A DNA stretch of 64,000 bases from the human T2T-CHM13v2.0 reference genome, Homo sapiens: assembly GCF_009914755.1 (NCBI RefSeq), contig NC_060933.1. One strand, given 5' to 3'. Both the position numbers and the translations under genes were made by a program. The notes below the pieces were generated by a model. The model was not told where the DNA came from, ran no database searches, and saw nothing but the letters and a program-made list of their open reading frames with translations. Below are positions 17,732 through 36,140 of this stretch, one piece after another. Within the stretch, counting starts at the first letter, position 1, and each line of letters opens with the position of its first letter.

Positions 17732-18460
17732 TAAGTATATTTGAAAAGTTTTTTTTTTCTTTCTTGAGGCAGACACTGCTGCTTATGGATACTTTTCATT
17801 TACAGTACTGCTGTGCTCCATTTCAAGTTTTGTATTCCCATTTCATAGCCTTATTCCCAAGAAACATTTCTACGCACCTTGAATTCTCTTGGTAGCTTTG
17901 AATTTATAAGATACCCTGATGGAGGTAGAACCCCTATATCTCTTTTTACTTCATATTGCAACATTTTCAAACACTGGGAAAATGGTAAAATATGCATCTA
18001 TGTATATGCATTTCCTCAATGTACATAAGAAAACTCAACATTTTGCCTTATTTGCTTAGTCTAATGCTTTTTCTGAAAATTCATTAAGTCAATTTACAAA
18101 GACATAACTTCAATCCTAAATATTTCAGCTCAGAAAACAATACCCCCAAATGAGGGCCTCAGAAGCAGGTTTTCCTCTGACCTTCTCCTGCACTCTCCCG
18201 TATCTTAGTCTCATTCTCCCCCAAGGCTAGCCATAGAAACTAGGATCCAGAATGCCTTTCCCCCAGAGCCAGCCCTAAAACCGAAAAATGTTATTGTAAT
18301 TTTCCTTTTGCCTTTCCATGTAAAAACTGGCCATGAATAAATTAAATTATCTGACCCATGTTGTTTGACTGTAGGTCATAAGACCCCTATTCCAGAGAAT
18401 GTCCTGCCCCATATTCAGAAGGAAGGAAGCATGCTTAGAGAGGCCAAGAAAACTCTAGGC

Positions 18461-18891
18461 CAAACCTGTCCAACCTACAGCCGGCTTGCGCCCCAGGACA
18501 GCTTTGAATGCTGCTCAACACAAATTCGGAAACTCGGCTCACTGCAAGCTCCGCCTCCCGGTTCACGCCATTCTCCTGCCTCAGCCTCCCGAGTAGCTGG
18601 GACTACAGGCGCCCGCCACCAGGCCCAGCTAATTTTTTGTATTTTTAGTAGAGACGGGGTTTCACCGTGTTAGCCAGGATGGTCTCGATCTCCTGACCTC
18701 GTGATCCGCCGGCCTCGGCCTCCCAAAAAGCTGGAATTACAGGCGTGAGCCACCGCACCCGGTCTGGAAACTTTCCTAAATCATGAGGTTTTTTTTTTAA
18801 AGCTGATCAGCTATCGTTAGTGTATTTTATGTGTTGCCCAAGACAATTCTTCCAAAGTGGCCCAGGGGAACCAGAAGATTGGATACCCCTG
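18461..18891 (-). mobile_element. MER30 (hAT-Charlie MITE), itself interrupted by an Alu
   Basis: The minus strand reads CAGGGGTATCCAATCTTCTGGTTCCCCTGGGCCAC...GAATTTGTGTTG...GGTTGGACAGGTTTG. Confidence 0.85.
18533..18764 (-). mobile_element. 3'-truncated, tailless AluY
   Basis: Intact 5' end, no 3' end or polyA; flanked by a GGAAACT duplication. Confidence 0.88.
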
Positions 18892-19289
18892 CCCCCGACA
18901 AACAGGTCTCACTGGGTTTTCCCACTCCATCTTTTAGCATTAGGTCCTACTCTTTTTGTCCAATCATATTTCTGCACGGCTTTACTTTGTTGAACCTAAG
19001 CATAAAAATTGACAATTTCCCCTGTGGCTTTGGGTCTTCATTCTGAAGGCGCCGGTGTATACTTGTTACATAAATTTGTATGCTTTTTCTATTAATCTGC
19101 TTAATGTTAGTGATTTTCTTTAAAAAAATTTTTCGTACAAAGCCACAGCCAACATAATGGGTGTTGATGTTGCACCAGCCCTGATAAAAACCAGTACGTT
19201 TTCCTACTTGATTGTAACGTTATTTTCACAATTAAGAGTAACCCAGTGCACGCTCCCTTCTCCTCTCCAATGTCTTCCGCAGGTGGTGG

Positions 19290-20050
19290 TTATTTAATGG
19301 GTATTTGATGGAGGACCACGCGTTGCATTTGGCGGTAAACTTTAACCCCTAAGGTCCCAGGGCGCTGAAACAATCTGGGCAGGAGAGAAGGTCACGGACA
19401 TCTTCTGCGGTCTAAAAACGCGGAAAGGCTGCGAAGTCGCTTTCAGGCGCTGAGCGGAGGTCTGCGGGAAATGTGGTTTCGGACGCGTCTCCTGGGCTCC
19501 GTCTGTCTTTTCCCCTACCTTCTTCCTGCGCGGTGGGGTGCAGAGGATCTCAGAGGCTCCTGGTTCCCCACAGATGTAGAGGGTCCGCGCCCCAGGGGAG
19601 AGCGCGGGGGTGATGGGGCGTCTGCGCGGCGGGGACCAGCGTGGAGTGCTCGGCTTGTGCCTGGGGAGGAGGGAGCGAGAAGTCTCGGGAGCCCCCCAAC
19701 ATCTGGCGGGACTCCCCAGCGCTGGAGCCCAGCCCGGGCCTGTACAACTGCCCTTGCGGGCTCCTGAAGCGCGGGTGGGGTGGGGCGCGTGTCAGGGGCA
19801 GGTGCTTGGTGCCGTCCCGGGGGTGCGGGAGCGTGAGCCGGGCCCACCCTGCAGCCCAACCAGAGAAAAGCCCATGCTGGCGGCGGTAGGGGTAAGAGCG
19901 TTTCTGATGCCGGCAACGAACGTGCCAGACGCCAGAGTGCTTGGATCCGCGGCGAGCCCCCGAGCTCTGGAGCCCTGGAGCCCTGGCTAAGTTCCAGCTC
20001 TGGCACCTGTGAGTCAGGGCGAGGGAAGGAAGCCGGTCAGGTTTCTCATT
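19290..20050. promoter_or_regulatory. CpG island, probable promoter/first exon of the + strand KRAB-ZNF pseudogene
   Basis: Non-repeat, GC- and CpG-rich block with GGGGCG boxes and a candidate donor CCT|GTGAGT at ~20010. Confidence 0.7.
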
Positions 20051-21933
20051 TGAAAAGATGACTTTGCTCTGAGAGTTAGAAAATCCATCACCTGTAAGGC
20101 AAGTAGCCAAGTGCAGCTTCCCAAGGCCTCAGTGACAGCTAGTATTGTATTTAGAAGACACTTTGTTTTCTACTCACTGGGTGTCTTATGTAAAGCACCC
20201 AACCACTCTGTGAGGCCGGCATAACCATCTGCATTAAATATAACAACCAAGGCTCAGGTTGGTGGAGCAGTGCACTCAGGTCATAAGCTAGCAGTGAGGG
20301 AGGCTGGGTTCAAGGGCAGCTGTGATTTATTTCCCGTGTCAGCCCTGTCTAATATCACACCTGCCTAAAACCAGCACTGCAGCCTTCACAGCGCTTAGCA
20401 GAGTGACCTGTCTGCAAATACCCAGGGATAAAATGGGAAGTGAATGTGAAACTTCCTCTTGTCGAGTGTGTTCTGGGATTTCTGGTGTTTGCTCAGAATC
20501 CCTGGGGCAGAGGGAGACTCCTAGCTCCTCCTGCACTGGCAGGTGGTTTGTGTTTTCACTCTGATAGAGTGAATTCCAAGAGAGTCAGGTTTGTGGCCCT
20601 AAGCGGGTCTGTTTCCTAGATATTGAGAGACTAATTATCTTAGATCAAAGCCCGTCTTGTGATGTAGGAATCAGGGGGCTCAGGGAACAGGAATCTTACC
20701 CGGAAGGGAACAACATCCTGTTCTTAATTCCCTCACCAGAGCTTCAGAGAAGAGGCAGAAGTGTGCAAACAGGAGCAGGTCCAAGATTTGCATGGCCAGA
20801 AGCAATTCTTGATCCTCTTGGCTAGATTCGAAGATTTGGCCACCTCCAGACGCTACCACACTCTGGGACAGTGGGAGATTTGGAACAGCTTTGAGAAGAG
20901 CAAGGTGAGCTGGGACTTCCTGGAGCAGGCTGCCCAGGAAAAGCCATTCCATGGCAGAACTTGCGAGGGTGAGGTCGAGGGTTAAGGGATAAGCGGGCAG
21001 AGGGTAGAAATCCAATTGGGCTATTCCTAAAGCATCCCCAGTCGCTTGGTTTTCCACTCTTCACCGATGCTGCACTAATGCCACGTAGGTCCATCCCCGC
21101 ATATGACACCAGGGATTTTATTCTGACCTCACAAGATCCCAGGATGATGGCTCACAAAGGGCTTCCCTGGTTATTTACTTCTGACTCTTGAAAGCTTAAA
21201 GAAATTGTGCCTGAGAGGTTCAGTACCTTGTCCAGGGACACCCAGTTTGTGCAGAGCCGGGAGGAAAACACAGTTCAGTTCACTGTCACAGGTGAGTCAC
21301 CAAAAACATCCTATAAAAAGACCTTTTGAGAAACTGTAACCCCGTTAAAACTAGTTAAAAATTCTTGCCTTAAAGCATTCCATATTCATTTTACTTGGCT
21401 TTCTGTGGATTTTCTCCCATGAGAGACAAGCAGTATTAATCGGAAAACGGTTAAGTGGTGCAGCCTGAGTGTTTTGCTGTGTTAATTTTAATAAAAGAAC
21501 AGTGCCTTATCCTTCAAGTACTTTAATTAATCCTCTGTTGTGTTGTTTCTGTTAGTCATTCAGAAAAACTGAAGTATCATTTAACCATGGAAAAGTGCAT
21601 ATTCCGTTGATGAAAAGCGTAGGTTTTAGTCCACTTGAGCATTTCTGAGTCTTAGGTGGTAGGTGGTGCTGCCTCTGCAGTTCTTCCTGGGCCTCCCTGC
21701 TGAGCCATCACAGTTCTATGCTCTCCCACAAGCTGCAGAAAACCAGCCAATCTCACACAAGCTCTTTATTCATTTCCCAGGCAGCTCTTTATTCATTCTC
21801 CACTTGGCATTGTAATGGATTTATGAGGCTTATAAGGGTCTGTATGTAAATGAAATAAAAATAGAAATAGATGAACCCAGTCTTGAGGGAAAATATATGT
21901 GGTTTCAACATAAACTCTGATATTTGCTCTTGG

Positions 21934-22406
21934 TGTAACCCAGGTTCCCTGGATTTTCCTGTACACTCTTTGAACCCACTTTGAACCCACTTGTAACTGT
22001 TGCACTTTGAGTTCTTGTTGTTTCAAAAAGTTCCAGGAAGAAGCTCAGCCCTTGCAAAACAAAAAAACTGGTTGGATCTTTGGCGAACTCTCCTCATTAC
22101 CATTCTAAAAACCCTGCCCAGGGAGGAGCTTTTTGGCCATTTTCTACACATGCCACAAAGGTAGAAGCATGATCAGCTACTGCACCTGCACTGCCTTTAC
22201 TCTACCTCTACATATAATGACTTAGCTAACCAGCCCAATAAAAGGCCTGTTTTCACTCTGTTTGGGGAGACACTGCTTTGGGGAACCATTCCCATGTCCT
22301 CTTTACTTGTTCCAAGTAATAAAATCCCCTTATTATGTCCCCCTTGATTGTGTTCATTGATCTGTCACCTGCCAAGTGATCAAACCCACCCATTGTGTGT
22401 GGAACA
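21934..22406 (+). mobile_element. Solo LTR (family unresolved)
   Basis: TGTAAC...GGAACA termini with internal AATAAA signals. Confidence 0.55.
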
Positions 22407-22409
22407 TTG

Positions 22410-22829
22410 TGTATTGGTCTATTCTCCCATTGCTATAAAGAAACACCTAAGATTGGGTAAAGAAAAGAGGTTTAATTGGCTCATGGTTTTGCAGGCTGTT
22501 CAGGAAGCATGATGCTGACATCTGCTTCGCTTCTGGGGAGGCCTCAGGAAGCTTACAATCATGGCAGAAGGTGAAGGGGGAGCAGGCATGTCACAGGGCC
22601 AGAGCAGGAGCAAGAGAGTGAGGGGCGAGGTGCCACATACTTTTAAACCACCAGATCTTGGGAGAACTCACTATCACAAGGTTAGTACCAGGAGGATGCT
22701 ACTAAACTATTCATGAGAAATCGGCCTCCATGATCCAGTCACCTCCTCCCGCCAGGCCCCTCCTTCAACATTGAGGATTACAATTGAATGGGAGATTTAG
22801 GTGGGGACACATATCCAAACCACACATCC
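22410..22829 (-). mobile_element. MaLR LTR (MSTA/MSTB)
   Basis: tgtattggtctattctcccattgctataaagaaacacct...atccaaacca. Strand assignment is tentative. Confidence 0.85.
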
Positions 22830-24576
22830 AAACACTGGCTCTTGCTAGGTAACCTTTGTTGATAAGTAGGTTCCCTCTACTTACTAGTTTGCTTAGACTT
22901 TCATTTAGTCATGCATGAATGTACTTTGTTATGTTGAGTATCTTTTCTATCTCTATTGAAATAAAGCCCAGATTATTTTCTTTAATCTTATGCTAATCAC
23001 AATATTTATTGTTGATTTTCTAATATTTATTATTGATCTCCTGTATAGATCTGACATGCTGATGAGTATGGTGAGTTGCTTTGAATGTGTGTTGAGTGGG
23101 ATCCTTTACCAGTACTATATTTAGGATATTTATGTCTTTGTCATAAGTTAGGTGAACCTATAATTTCCTTTTCCCTTTTTGGTGTTATGGCTCTATTAGC
23201 CTCATAAAAGGAATGGGGTCACTTTTCTCCTCCTTTTTTCTTTCCTTGATGTTTTTCTCCCTGTAACTTAATATGAAAAAAATTGCCTGTTGTTTGTGGG
23301 GGGATTTTTGTGTGCAGATTTTGAAAATAACATCAGTTATTAATACTAAATGGTCAAGAGCTCCTGGATTTTCCTCTCACCATGTAGCTTATCTTTTCAT
23401 ATTCTTTTTTTTTTTTACTTAAAAATTATTTTTATATATTTAGGGGGTATAAATGCAGGATTCTTAAGTGCGTATATTGAGTAGTGGTGAATTCTGGGAT
23501 TTTAGTGTACTATTGCCTGAAGAGTGAACATTGTACCCAATAGGTAGTTTTTCAACCCTCACCCCCTCCCACTCTCCCACCTTTTGGAGTCTCCAGTGTC
23601 TGATATTCCACATTTTTTTTTTTTTTTGAGACGGAGTTTCGCTCCTGTTGTGTAGGCTGGAGCACAGTGGTGCGATCTCGGCTCACCACAACCTCTGACT
23701 CCTGGGTTCAAGTGATTCTCCCGCCTCAGCCTCCTGAGTAGCTGGGATTACAGGTGCCTGCCACCACACCCAGCTAATTTTTGTATTTTTAGTAGAGATG
23801 GGGTTTCACCATGTTGGCCAGGCTGGTCTCGAACCCCTGACCTCAGGTGATCTGCCCACCTCTGCCTCCCAAAGTGCTGGGTTTACAGCCATGAGCCACT
23901 GCACTGGGCCTGTTATTCCACTTTGTCTGTGCATGTGTACCCACTGTTTAGCTCCCATGAATAAGTGAGAGCATGTGGTATTTGACTTTCTGAGTTATTT
24001 CACTGAAGATAATGGCCTCCAGTTCCATCTGTGTTGCTGTGAAAGACAATCTTTTCATATCTTAAGTGTCTTTAAAAAAGAAGGGTTTAATCAATCAAGT
24101 TTTCAAAAACTTTAACCTTTTTTTCTTATGCTTTTTTGCTCATGTATAAGAAATCTTTGCCTAAACCAAGGTCACAAAGATTTCTTCCCATGTTTTTTAG
24201 TTGCAGGTCTTACATTTATGTCTATGTTTTTTTTTTTTTTGGTAGAGGGCAGGGTCTTCCTCTGTGTCATCCAGGCATGATCATAGCTTACTGCAGCCTT
24301 GGACTCCTAGGCTAAAGTGATCCTCTTCCCTCAGCCTCCCAAGTAGCTAGGGTAGGACTACAGGTGCATGCCACTATGCCTGGCTGATTTTTAAATTTTT
24401 TGTAGAGACAGAGTCTCACATCATTGCTCAGGCTGGTCTTGATCTCCTGGCCTAAAGCAATTCTCTCATCTTGACCTCCCAACATGCTGGTACTATAAGC
24501 ATGAGCCACCACCATGGCTGACCCTCTGTGATCATTTTGAATTCATTGTTATTTTTGTTACAAGGTATAGATCAAG

Positions 24577-27772
<3,196 letters not shown>

Positions 27773-28746
27773 TAGGCCTCCCAAAGTGCTGGGATTATAG
27801 GTGTGAGCCACTGTGCCTGGCCTGGAGTCTGTATTCTCTTTTGTTGATCTGTGCCAGTCCTTTTGCGAGTATGCCCCCCTTGATTACTATTCCTTTAAAA
27901 TAAGTCTTGTATTCAGAATGTGAATCTCCCAAGCTTATTCCTTTTCAAAATTGTATTGGATATTCTAAGTCCTTTGCTGCTTACAACTTTAGAGTCTACC
28001 TTTCTGTCTTCAAAACTTGCTGTGACTTTGTGTGTGGTTGCATTAACTCTGAGGATCAATTTTAAACCTCTTTCTGTATTCCAAAATCATGTAACCAATG
28101 GTGCGGTATATAATTCCACCTGTATCTTCACAGATGTTAAATACCCATTTCCTTTTTCTTGTTCTTTTTATCTTAGTATATAGCATCATCATCTAACCAT
28201 TTGCTCATGCAGCCTATGTACAATTGCACACAAAAATGATAATGAAAAATGTTGTTCCCTTCTCTCACAGGGATTAGCTTCCCAGTCTGAACCTCATTGC
28301 TTTACCTCTATGTAGGTCATCTGTTAGATTGTTCTCATCTGTTTTGCTCCTTAAGACATTCCCACTCTTCTGGAATATTGCTTCTGAAAGACAAGTTTGA
28401 TCATGTGTAATACTTCCAGGGCTTACATGCATCCTTTGTTGGTTCCCTCTTAACCTAGCAGAGAACTGTGATGAGGTTTTTATATCCTAGAGAGTTCTCA
28501 GGATGGTCCACTAAGGTGTAGGAAAGATGGCAGAAAGCCTAACTAAAATAACTTTATCTAAAACAGAGACACTAAATCTTATCCATAGTATATTAGCTGA
28601 CAGTCTATGTATATAATTTATAAATAAATATACATGCATTAGGGCATGAGAATAATATTTGTACCAATTATATGAGTACCCCAAAGCATAAGACAATGGC
28701 AGAGCCATAATAGGGTACTTTATAACATTTAAACTCTCAACAATAA

Positions 28747-29463
<717 letters not shown>

Positions 29464-30453
29464 TGACCAGGCTGGTCTGGAACTCCTGACCTTGTGATCC
29501 ACCAGCCTCAGCCTCCCAAAGTGCTGGGATTACCAGTGTGAGCCACTGTACCCGGCCCTCCCTTTTAATTTTTAAATCACTTGTATTGAGGTGTGACTAA
29601 CAGAAAATAAAAGTTATTAAGTTTCAGTGTACAATTTGATGAATTTCAGAAATGTATATAGGTGATTACCACTACCAAAATCATGGCAAAATATTTCCGT
29701 CACCCCGAAAGATTTCCTTGTAGCCCTTTGCAGTCATTCGCCCTCTCAGCCCCTCACAATCAGTGATCTGTTTTCTTTCACAATAGTTTTGCCTTAGAAA
29801 TTTTATATACATTATATTTACACTTTTTTCTTCCTGCTTCCACTTAGCATAATGCTTTTGAGATTCATATGTGTTTTTTGTATATCATTCTTCTCATTCC
29901 TGAGTAGTGTTCCTTTGCATGCATATACCACAATTTGTTATGCATTACCAGTTGACGGGCATGTAAGTTTTGTCCCCTTTGGGGTATTATGAGTAGAGCT
30001 GCTATGGCCACTTGAGTACAAGTCTTTGTGTTGACATTTGTTTTCATTTGTCTTGTGTAAATACCTAGGAGTAAGGTATTATCCGTCTTATGGGTAAGTG
30101 TATGTGTAACACTGTCAGAAACTGCCAGCGTTTCCAGTGTTGCTCTGCCAGTTTGCTTGTGTGTTAGCAATGTATGATAGTTCTAGTTGCACCACATCCT
30201 CACCAACATTTTGTATTGTCTTAAAAAAAGAAACATTATAGTGGGTGTCATTGGGTTTTAATTTGTATTTTCCTGATGATTAATGAAGGGGAGCATCTTT
30301 TCATGTTTCACACTTTTAGAAGTGTGTTAAAATATTTAGCCCCTTTTTTTGTCTTGTTGAGTTGAAAGAATTCTTTATATAATCTAGATACAAGCCCATT
30401 ATCAGATAAAGATTTTGCTAGTGTTTTCTCCCCGTGGGTTGCTTGCTCTTTTC

Positions 30454-30484
<31 letters not shown>

Positions 30485-31673
30485 TGTTGTTGAAACAGGG
30501 TCTCACTTTGTCACTCAGGTTGGAGTGCAATGGTGTGATCAAGGCTCACTGCAGCCTTGAACTACTGGGCTCAAGAGATCCTCCTGTCTCAGCCTCCCAG
30601 TGTTGGGATTATAGGCATGAGCCACTGTCCCTGGCCTTTATTTTCTTAATAGTGTCTCGGAAGAGCAAAGTTTTTCATTTGTTTTTAAATATGTCATTGT
30701 TTTTTATTTTCTATTTCATGGTTTGTGTGTCCTTTTAAATAAATTTTTGCCTTGTCCAAGGCCACTGAGATTTTATCCTATGTTTTCCTGAAGAAATTTT
30801 AGGTTTTACATGTAGGCCTATGGTTCATTTACAGTTAATTTTTCTATATAGTGTGAAATAAAATTTTGGTTATTTTTTTACATCTTGATGTCCAATTATA
30901 TTGGCACCATTTGCCGGAAGGATTATTATTTTCCCATTGGACTGCCATGGCACCTTTGTAAAAAACAAATTGACCATATGTCGGTAGTTCTATATCTGGA
31001 CTCTATTCTGTTTAATGGATTTGTATGTCTGTAACTCATCTTTCTTACGACGTAGCTTTGTGGAAAGTTATTGAATGTTTTGGTCTTTTAAGTATGCTCT
31101 TCATTTAAAAATTCTTTTGATTATTATACCATTCTTTGTTGTTCCACATAAATTTTAGAATTGTTAATTTCCTCAAAAACTTGTTGAAATCCTGGTTGAG
31201 ATTGTCTTGAATCTTTTTTTTTTTTTTTTTTTTTTTTGAGATGGAGGCTTGCTTTGTTGCCTAGGCTGGAGTGCAGTGGCTTGATCTTGGTTCACTGCAA
31301 TCTCCGCCTCCCTGCAACCTCTGCCTCCTAGGTTCAAGCGATTCTCATGTCTCAGCCTTCCAAGTAGCTGGGATTACAGGCGTGTACCACCACGCTTGGC
31401 TACTTTTTTTGTACTTTTATTAGAGATGGGGTTTCCCCATGTTGACCAGGCTGGTCTTGAACTCCTGACCTCAAGCTATTGGTTTGCCTTGGCCTCCCAA
31501 AGTGCTGGGATTACAGGCATGAGCCACGGTGCCCAGCTGTCTTGAATTTTAATAATAGTCTGAGGTAGTCTGAGGGAGGATTTTCATCTTAACAATATTA
31601 AGTCTTCTGATCCATTAAGGTATCCTTTGCCTCCTTTTATTTAGGTCTTTAATTTTTTTTTTTTTTGCAATGA

Positions 31674-31835
<162 letters not shown>

Positions 31836-33500
31836 TAGAGGTGTGGGCCACCATGCCCGCCTAATTTTTGTATTTTTAGTAGAGACGGGGTTTCACCATG
31901 TTGGCCAGGATGGTCTCCAACTCGTGACCTCAGGTTATCGGCCTGCCTCGGCCTCCCAAAGTGCTGGGATTACAGCCGTGAGCCACTGTGCCCAGCCCAG
32001 TATACGTTTTATACATATTTTGTTACGTGTGTTTCATGATTTTGATATTATAAATAATATGCATTTTACCATTTTAATTTTTAATTATTTGTTGGATGTT
32101 TGTAGAACTCCAGATGATTTATGTATATTACATTATGTTTTGTTTAATTTTAATTTTGTTTTGAGGCGGAGTCTTGCTGTGTCTCCCAGGCTAGACTATG
32201 GTGTGATCTCGGCTCACTGCAACCTCCGCCTCCTGGGTTCAAGCCATTCTCCTGACTCAGCCTCCCAAGTAGCTGGGATTACAGGCATACACCACCATGC
32301 CCAGCTAATTTTTGTAGTTTAGTAGAGACAGGGTTTCACCATGCTGGCCAGGCTGTTCTCAAACTCCCTACCTCAGGTGGTCCACCCACCTCGGCCTCCC
32401 AAAGTGCTGGGATTACAGGCGTGAGCCACCATGCCTGGCCACATTATGTTTCATTATAACTTTGCTAATTTTATTTATTCTAGTAAATATTTTGGAGGTT
32501 CCCTAGAATGTTTTGTGCCCACAATTATCTATACATAAAGATATATTTACTTCTTCCTTTCCCAACTGTATGTCTTTTTTTTTTTCTTTAATAATTGGCT
32601 AGGACTACCAATATAACTTTGACTACAAGTGGTGACAGAGGACATCCATGTCTTGTTTCTTTTGTTTTTGTTTTTGTTTTTTTTTTGAAACAGAGTCTCA
32701 CTGTGTTGCTCAGGCTGGAGTACAGTGGTGCAATCTTGGCCACTGCAACCTCCGCCTCCTGGTTCAAGTGATTCTCCTGCCTCAGCCTCTGGAGTAGCTG
32801 GGATTACAGGCACCACCACCATGCCTGGCTAATTTTGTATTTTTAGTAGAGATGGAGTTTTGCCATGTTGACCAGGCTGGTCTTGAACTCCTGACCTCAA
32901 GTAATCCATCTGCCTCAGCCTCGCAAAGTGCTGGGATTACAGGCATGGGCCAATGTGCCCACCCCCATGTCTTGTTTCTAATCTTGGAGGGAAAACATTC
33001 AAACTGCACTGTGATATAGTGAACTAAGTTAATTGTATATGTTTTATGATTCTACTGATCAGTTTGTGGAAATTCCCTAGTCTGCTGAAATCTTGTTTTC
33101 ATTCTTTGATAAATATCATCATTGAATTTTGTCAAATATTTTTTCTGATTCTACTGAGATAATCATATGGTTTTTCTTTTTTATTCAGCTAATATTGTGA
33201 ATTACATTGGTTTTTTGAACGTTCAGCTAACCTTGAGTTCCTGGGATGAACCTCACTTGTTTGTGCTATATTATTTTTATGTTGCTGGATATGGCTCACT
33301 AGCATTTTAAGGACTTTTGCACCTATATTTATAAAGGATATTTGTAGATTTTCTTGCCTTGTCTTCTTATTGATTTGCTCTCTTGTTGCAATGCCTGGTT
33401 TGTAAAATGAGTTTGACCATTTGTACTATTTTCTAGAAGAAATTGGATAGGATTGATATATTTCTTCCTTACATGTTTGGTAGAATTCACCCCAGAATCA

Positions 33501-33728
<228 letters not shown>

Positions 33729-34307
33729 TCAAGAGGCTGAGGTGGGAGGATCGCTTGATCACAGATAGCAGAGTTTGCAGCGAGCTGAGATTGTACCATT
33801 GCACTCCAGCCTGAGTAACACAACAAGACCCTGTCTTAAAAAAAAAAGTATAATTTCTTTATTAGTTATAATACTATTTGGGTTGTCTTTTTTTTTTTTG
33901 AGACAGGTTCTGGCTCTGTTGCCCAGGCTGGAGTGTGATTGTAATGGTGTGATCATGGCTCACTGCAACCTCAACATCCCATGTTCAAGTGATCCTCCCG
34001 CCTCAGCCTTCCAAAGTGCTAGGATTACAGGCATGAGCCACTGCACCCATCCGGTTATCTCTTTTTTTATTATAGTAAAATATACATAACAAAATTTACC
34101 ATTTTTTTTTCCCTTCAAGATGGGGTCTTGCTCTGTTGCCTGGGTTGGAGTGAAGTGGCATAACCATGACTCACTACAGAATTGAACTCCCGGGCTCAAG
34201 TAATCTTCCCCCACCTCGGGCTCCTGAGTAGCTGGGACTACAGGCATGTGCCAATATACTTGGCTAAGTTTTTAATTTATTTTTATTTATTTATTTATTT
34301 ATTTTGA

Positions 34308-34412
<105 letters not shown>

Positions 34413-35957
34413 TGAGTAGCTGGGACTACAGGTACCCGCCACCACGCCCGGCTAATTTTTTTTGTATTTTTAGTAGAGATGGGTTTCACTGTGTTAGCCA
34501 GGATGGTCTCGATCTCCTGACCTCATGATCCACCCGCCTCGGCCTCCCAAAGTGCTGGGATTACAGGCATGAGCCACTGCGCCCGGCCAATTTATTCTTT
34601 TTTATAAAGGTGGGGTCTCCCTATGTTGCCCAAGCTGGTCTCGAACTGCTGAGCTCAAGGAATCCTCCCATCTCGACCTCCCAAAGTAGTGGGATTACAG
34701 GTGTGAGCCACTGTGTCTGGCCTGAAATTTACCATTTTAACTCTACAGTTTTGTGGCATTAGCTACATTTCTACTGTTATACAGCCACCACTCCCATGTA
34801 GCTCCAGAACTTTTTCATGTTCTCCAACTGAAACTACCCGTTAAACACTAACTCCCCATTCCTCCTTTTCCCCAGCCCCTGTTAACCACTGGTTCTACTT
34901 TCTGTCTCTATGAATTTGACTACTTTATGTATCACATATAATTGGAATCATACAATACCTATCCTTTTGTGTCTGGCTTATTCCACTTAGCATAATGTCT
35001 TTAAAATTCAACCGTGTTTAGCATGTGTCAGAATTTTCTTCCTTTTTGAGGCTGAAAAATACTACATTGTATGTTTGTACCACATTTTGTGTATCCACTC
35101 ATCCATTGGTTGATGCTTGGGTTGATACCACCTTTTGGGTATTGTGAATAACGCTGCTATGAACATTGTTGTACGAGTATCTGTTCATGTGCCTGATTTC
35201 TTTTGTGTATATATTCAGAAGTGATAGCAATTCATTGCATTTTTTTTTCCCCCTGAGAAGGAGTCTCCCTCTGTCACCCAGGCTGGAGTGCAGTGGCGTG
35301 ATCTTGGCTCACTGCAACCTCTGCCTCCCGGGGTGCAAGTGATTCTCCTGCCTCAGTCTCCTGAGTAGCTGGGATTACAGGCGCCCGCCACCACACCCAG
35401 CTAATATTTGTATTTTTAGTAGAGACTGGGTTTTGCCATGTTGGCCAGGCTGATCTTGAACTCCTGACCTCAGGTGATCTACCCACCTTGGCCTCCCAAA
35501 GTGCTGGGATTACAGGCATGAGCTACCAAACCCAGACAATTCAATGCTTTTTAATTTTGAGGGATCACCATTCTGTTATCCACAATGGCGGTATCATTTT
35601 ATATTCCTGCCATCACGTACCATGCATAAGGGTTCAATTTCTCCGTGTTTTCACCGATACCTTTTTTCTGATATTTTGATAACAGTTATCCAGTAAGTAT
35701 GAAGTGGTATCTCATTGTGGTTTTGATTTGCATTTCCCTAGTTATTAGTGATGTTGAGCATCTTTTCCTGTGTTACTGGCCATTTGTATATCTTTGGAGA
35801 AGACTCTTACCTTTTTGAATTGAGTTGTTTGTTCTTTGTTGTTGAGTTGTAGGAGTTCTTCATATCTTGTGAATATTAATCCCTTATCAGATATGATTTG
35901 CAATTTTTTTATCCTATAGGTTACCTCTTCACTGTTCAATAGTGTACTGAAGTTTCT

Positions 35958-36140
35958 TTTCCCCTCCCCTCCCCTCCCCTCCCCTCCCTTCCCTTCCCTT
36001 CCTCTCCCCTCCTCTCCCTTCCCCTCCCCTCCTCTTTGACAGTCTCTCCTCCCCTCGCCTCCCCTTCCCTCCCCTCCCCTCCTCTTTGACAGAGTCTCCC
36101 CTCCCCTCGCCTCCCCTCCCCTCCCCTCCCCTCTCCTGTC
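35958..36140. repeat. (CCCCT)n polypyrimidine expansion of an Alu tail, with repeated TGACAG(AG)TCTC units
   Basis: Direct reading of the sequence. Confidence 0.9.

Larger units (their letters stand above)
18127..19120 (+). mobile_element. MER39-like ERV1 LTR, interrupted by MER30
   Basis: Starts gctcagaaaacaatacccccaaa; LTR sequence resumes after 18891. Confidence 0.7.

Noticed and set aside
19471-20110. ORFs up to 186 aa on both strands
   Set aside because: Explained by CpG-island composition; no recognisable domain.
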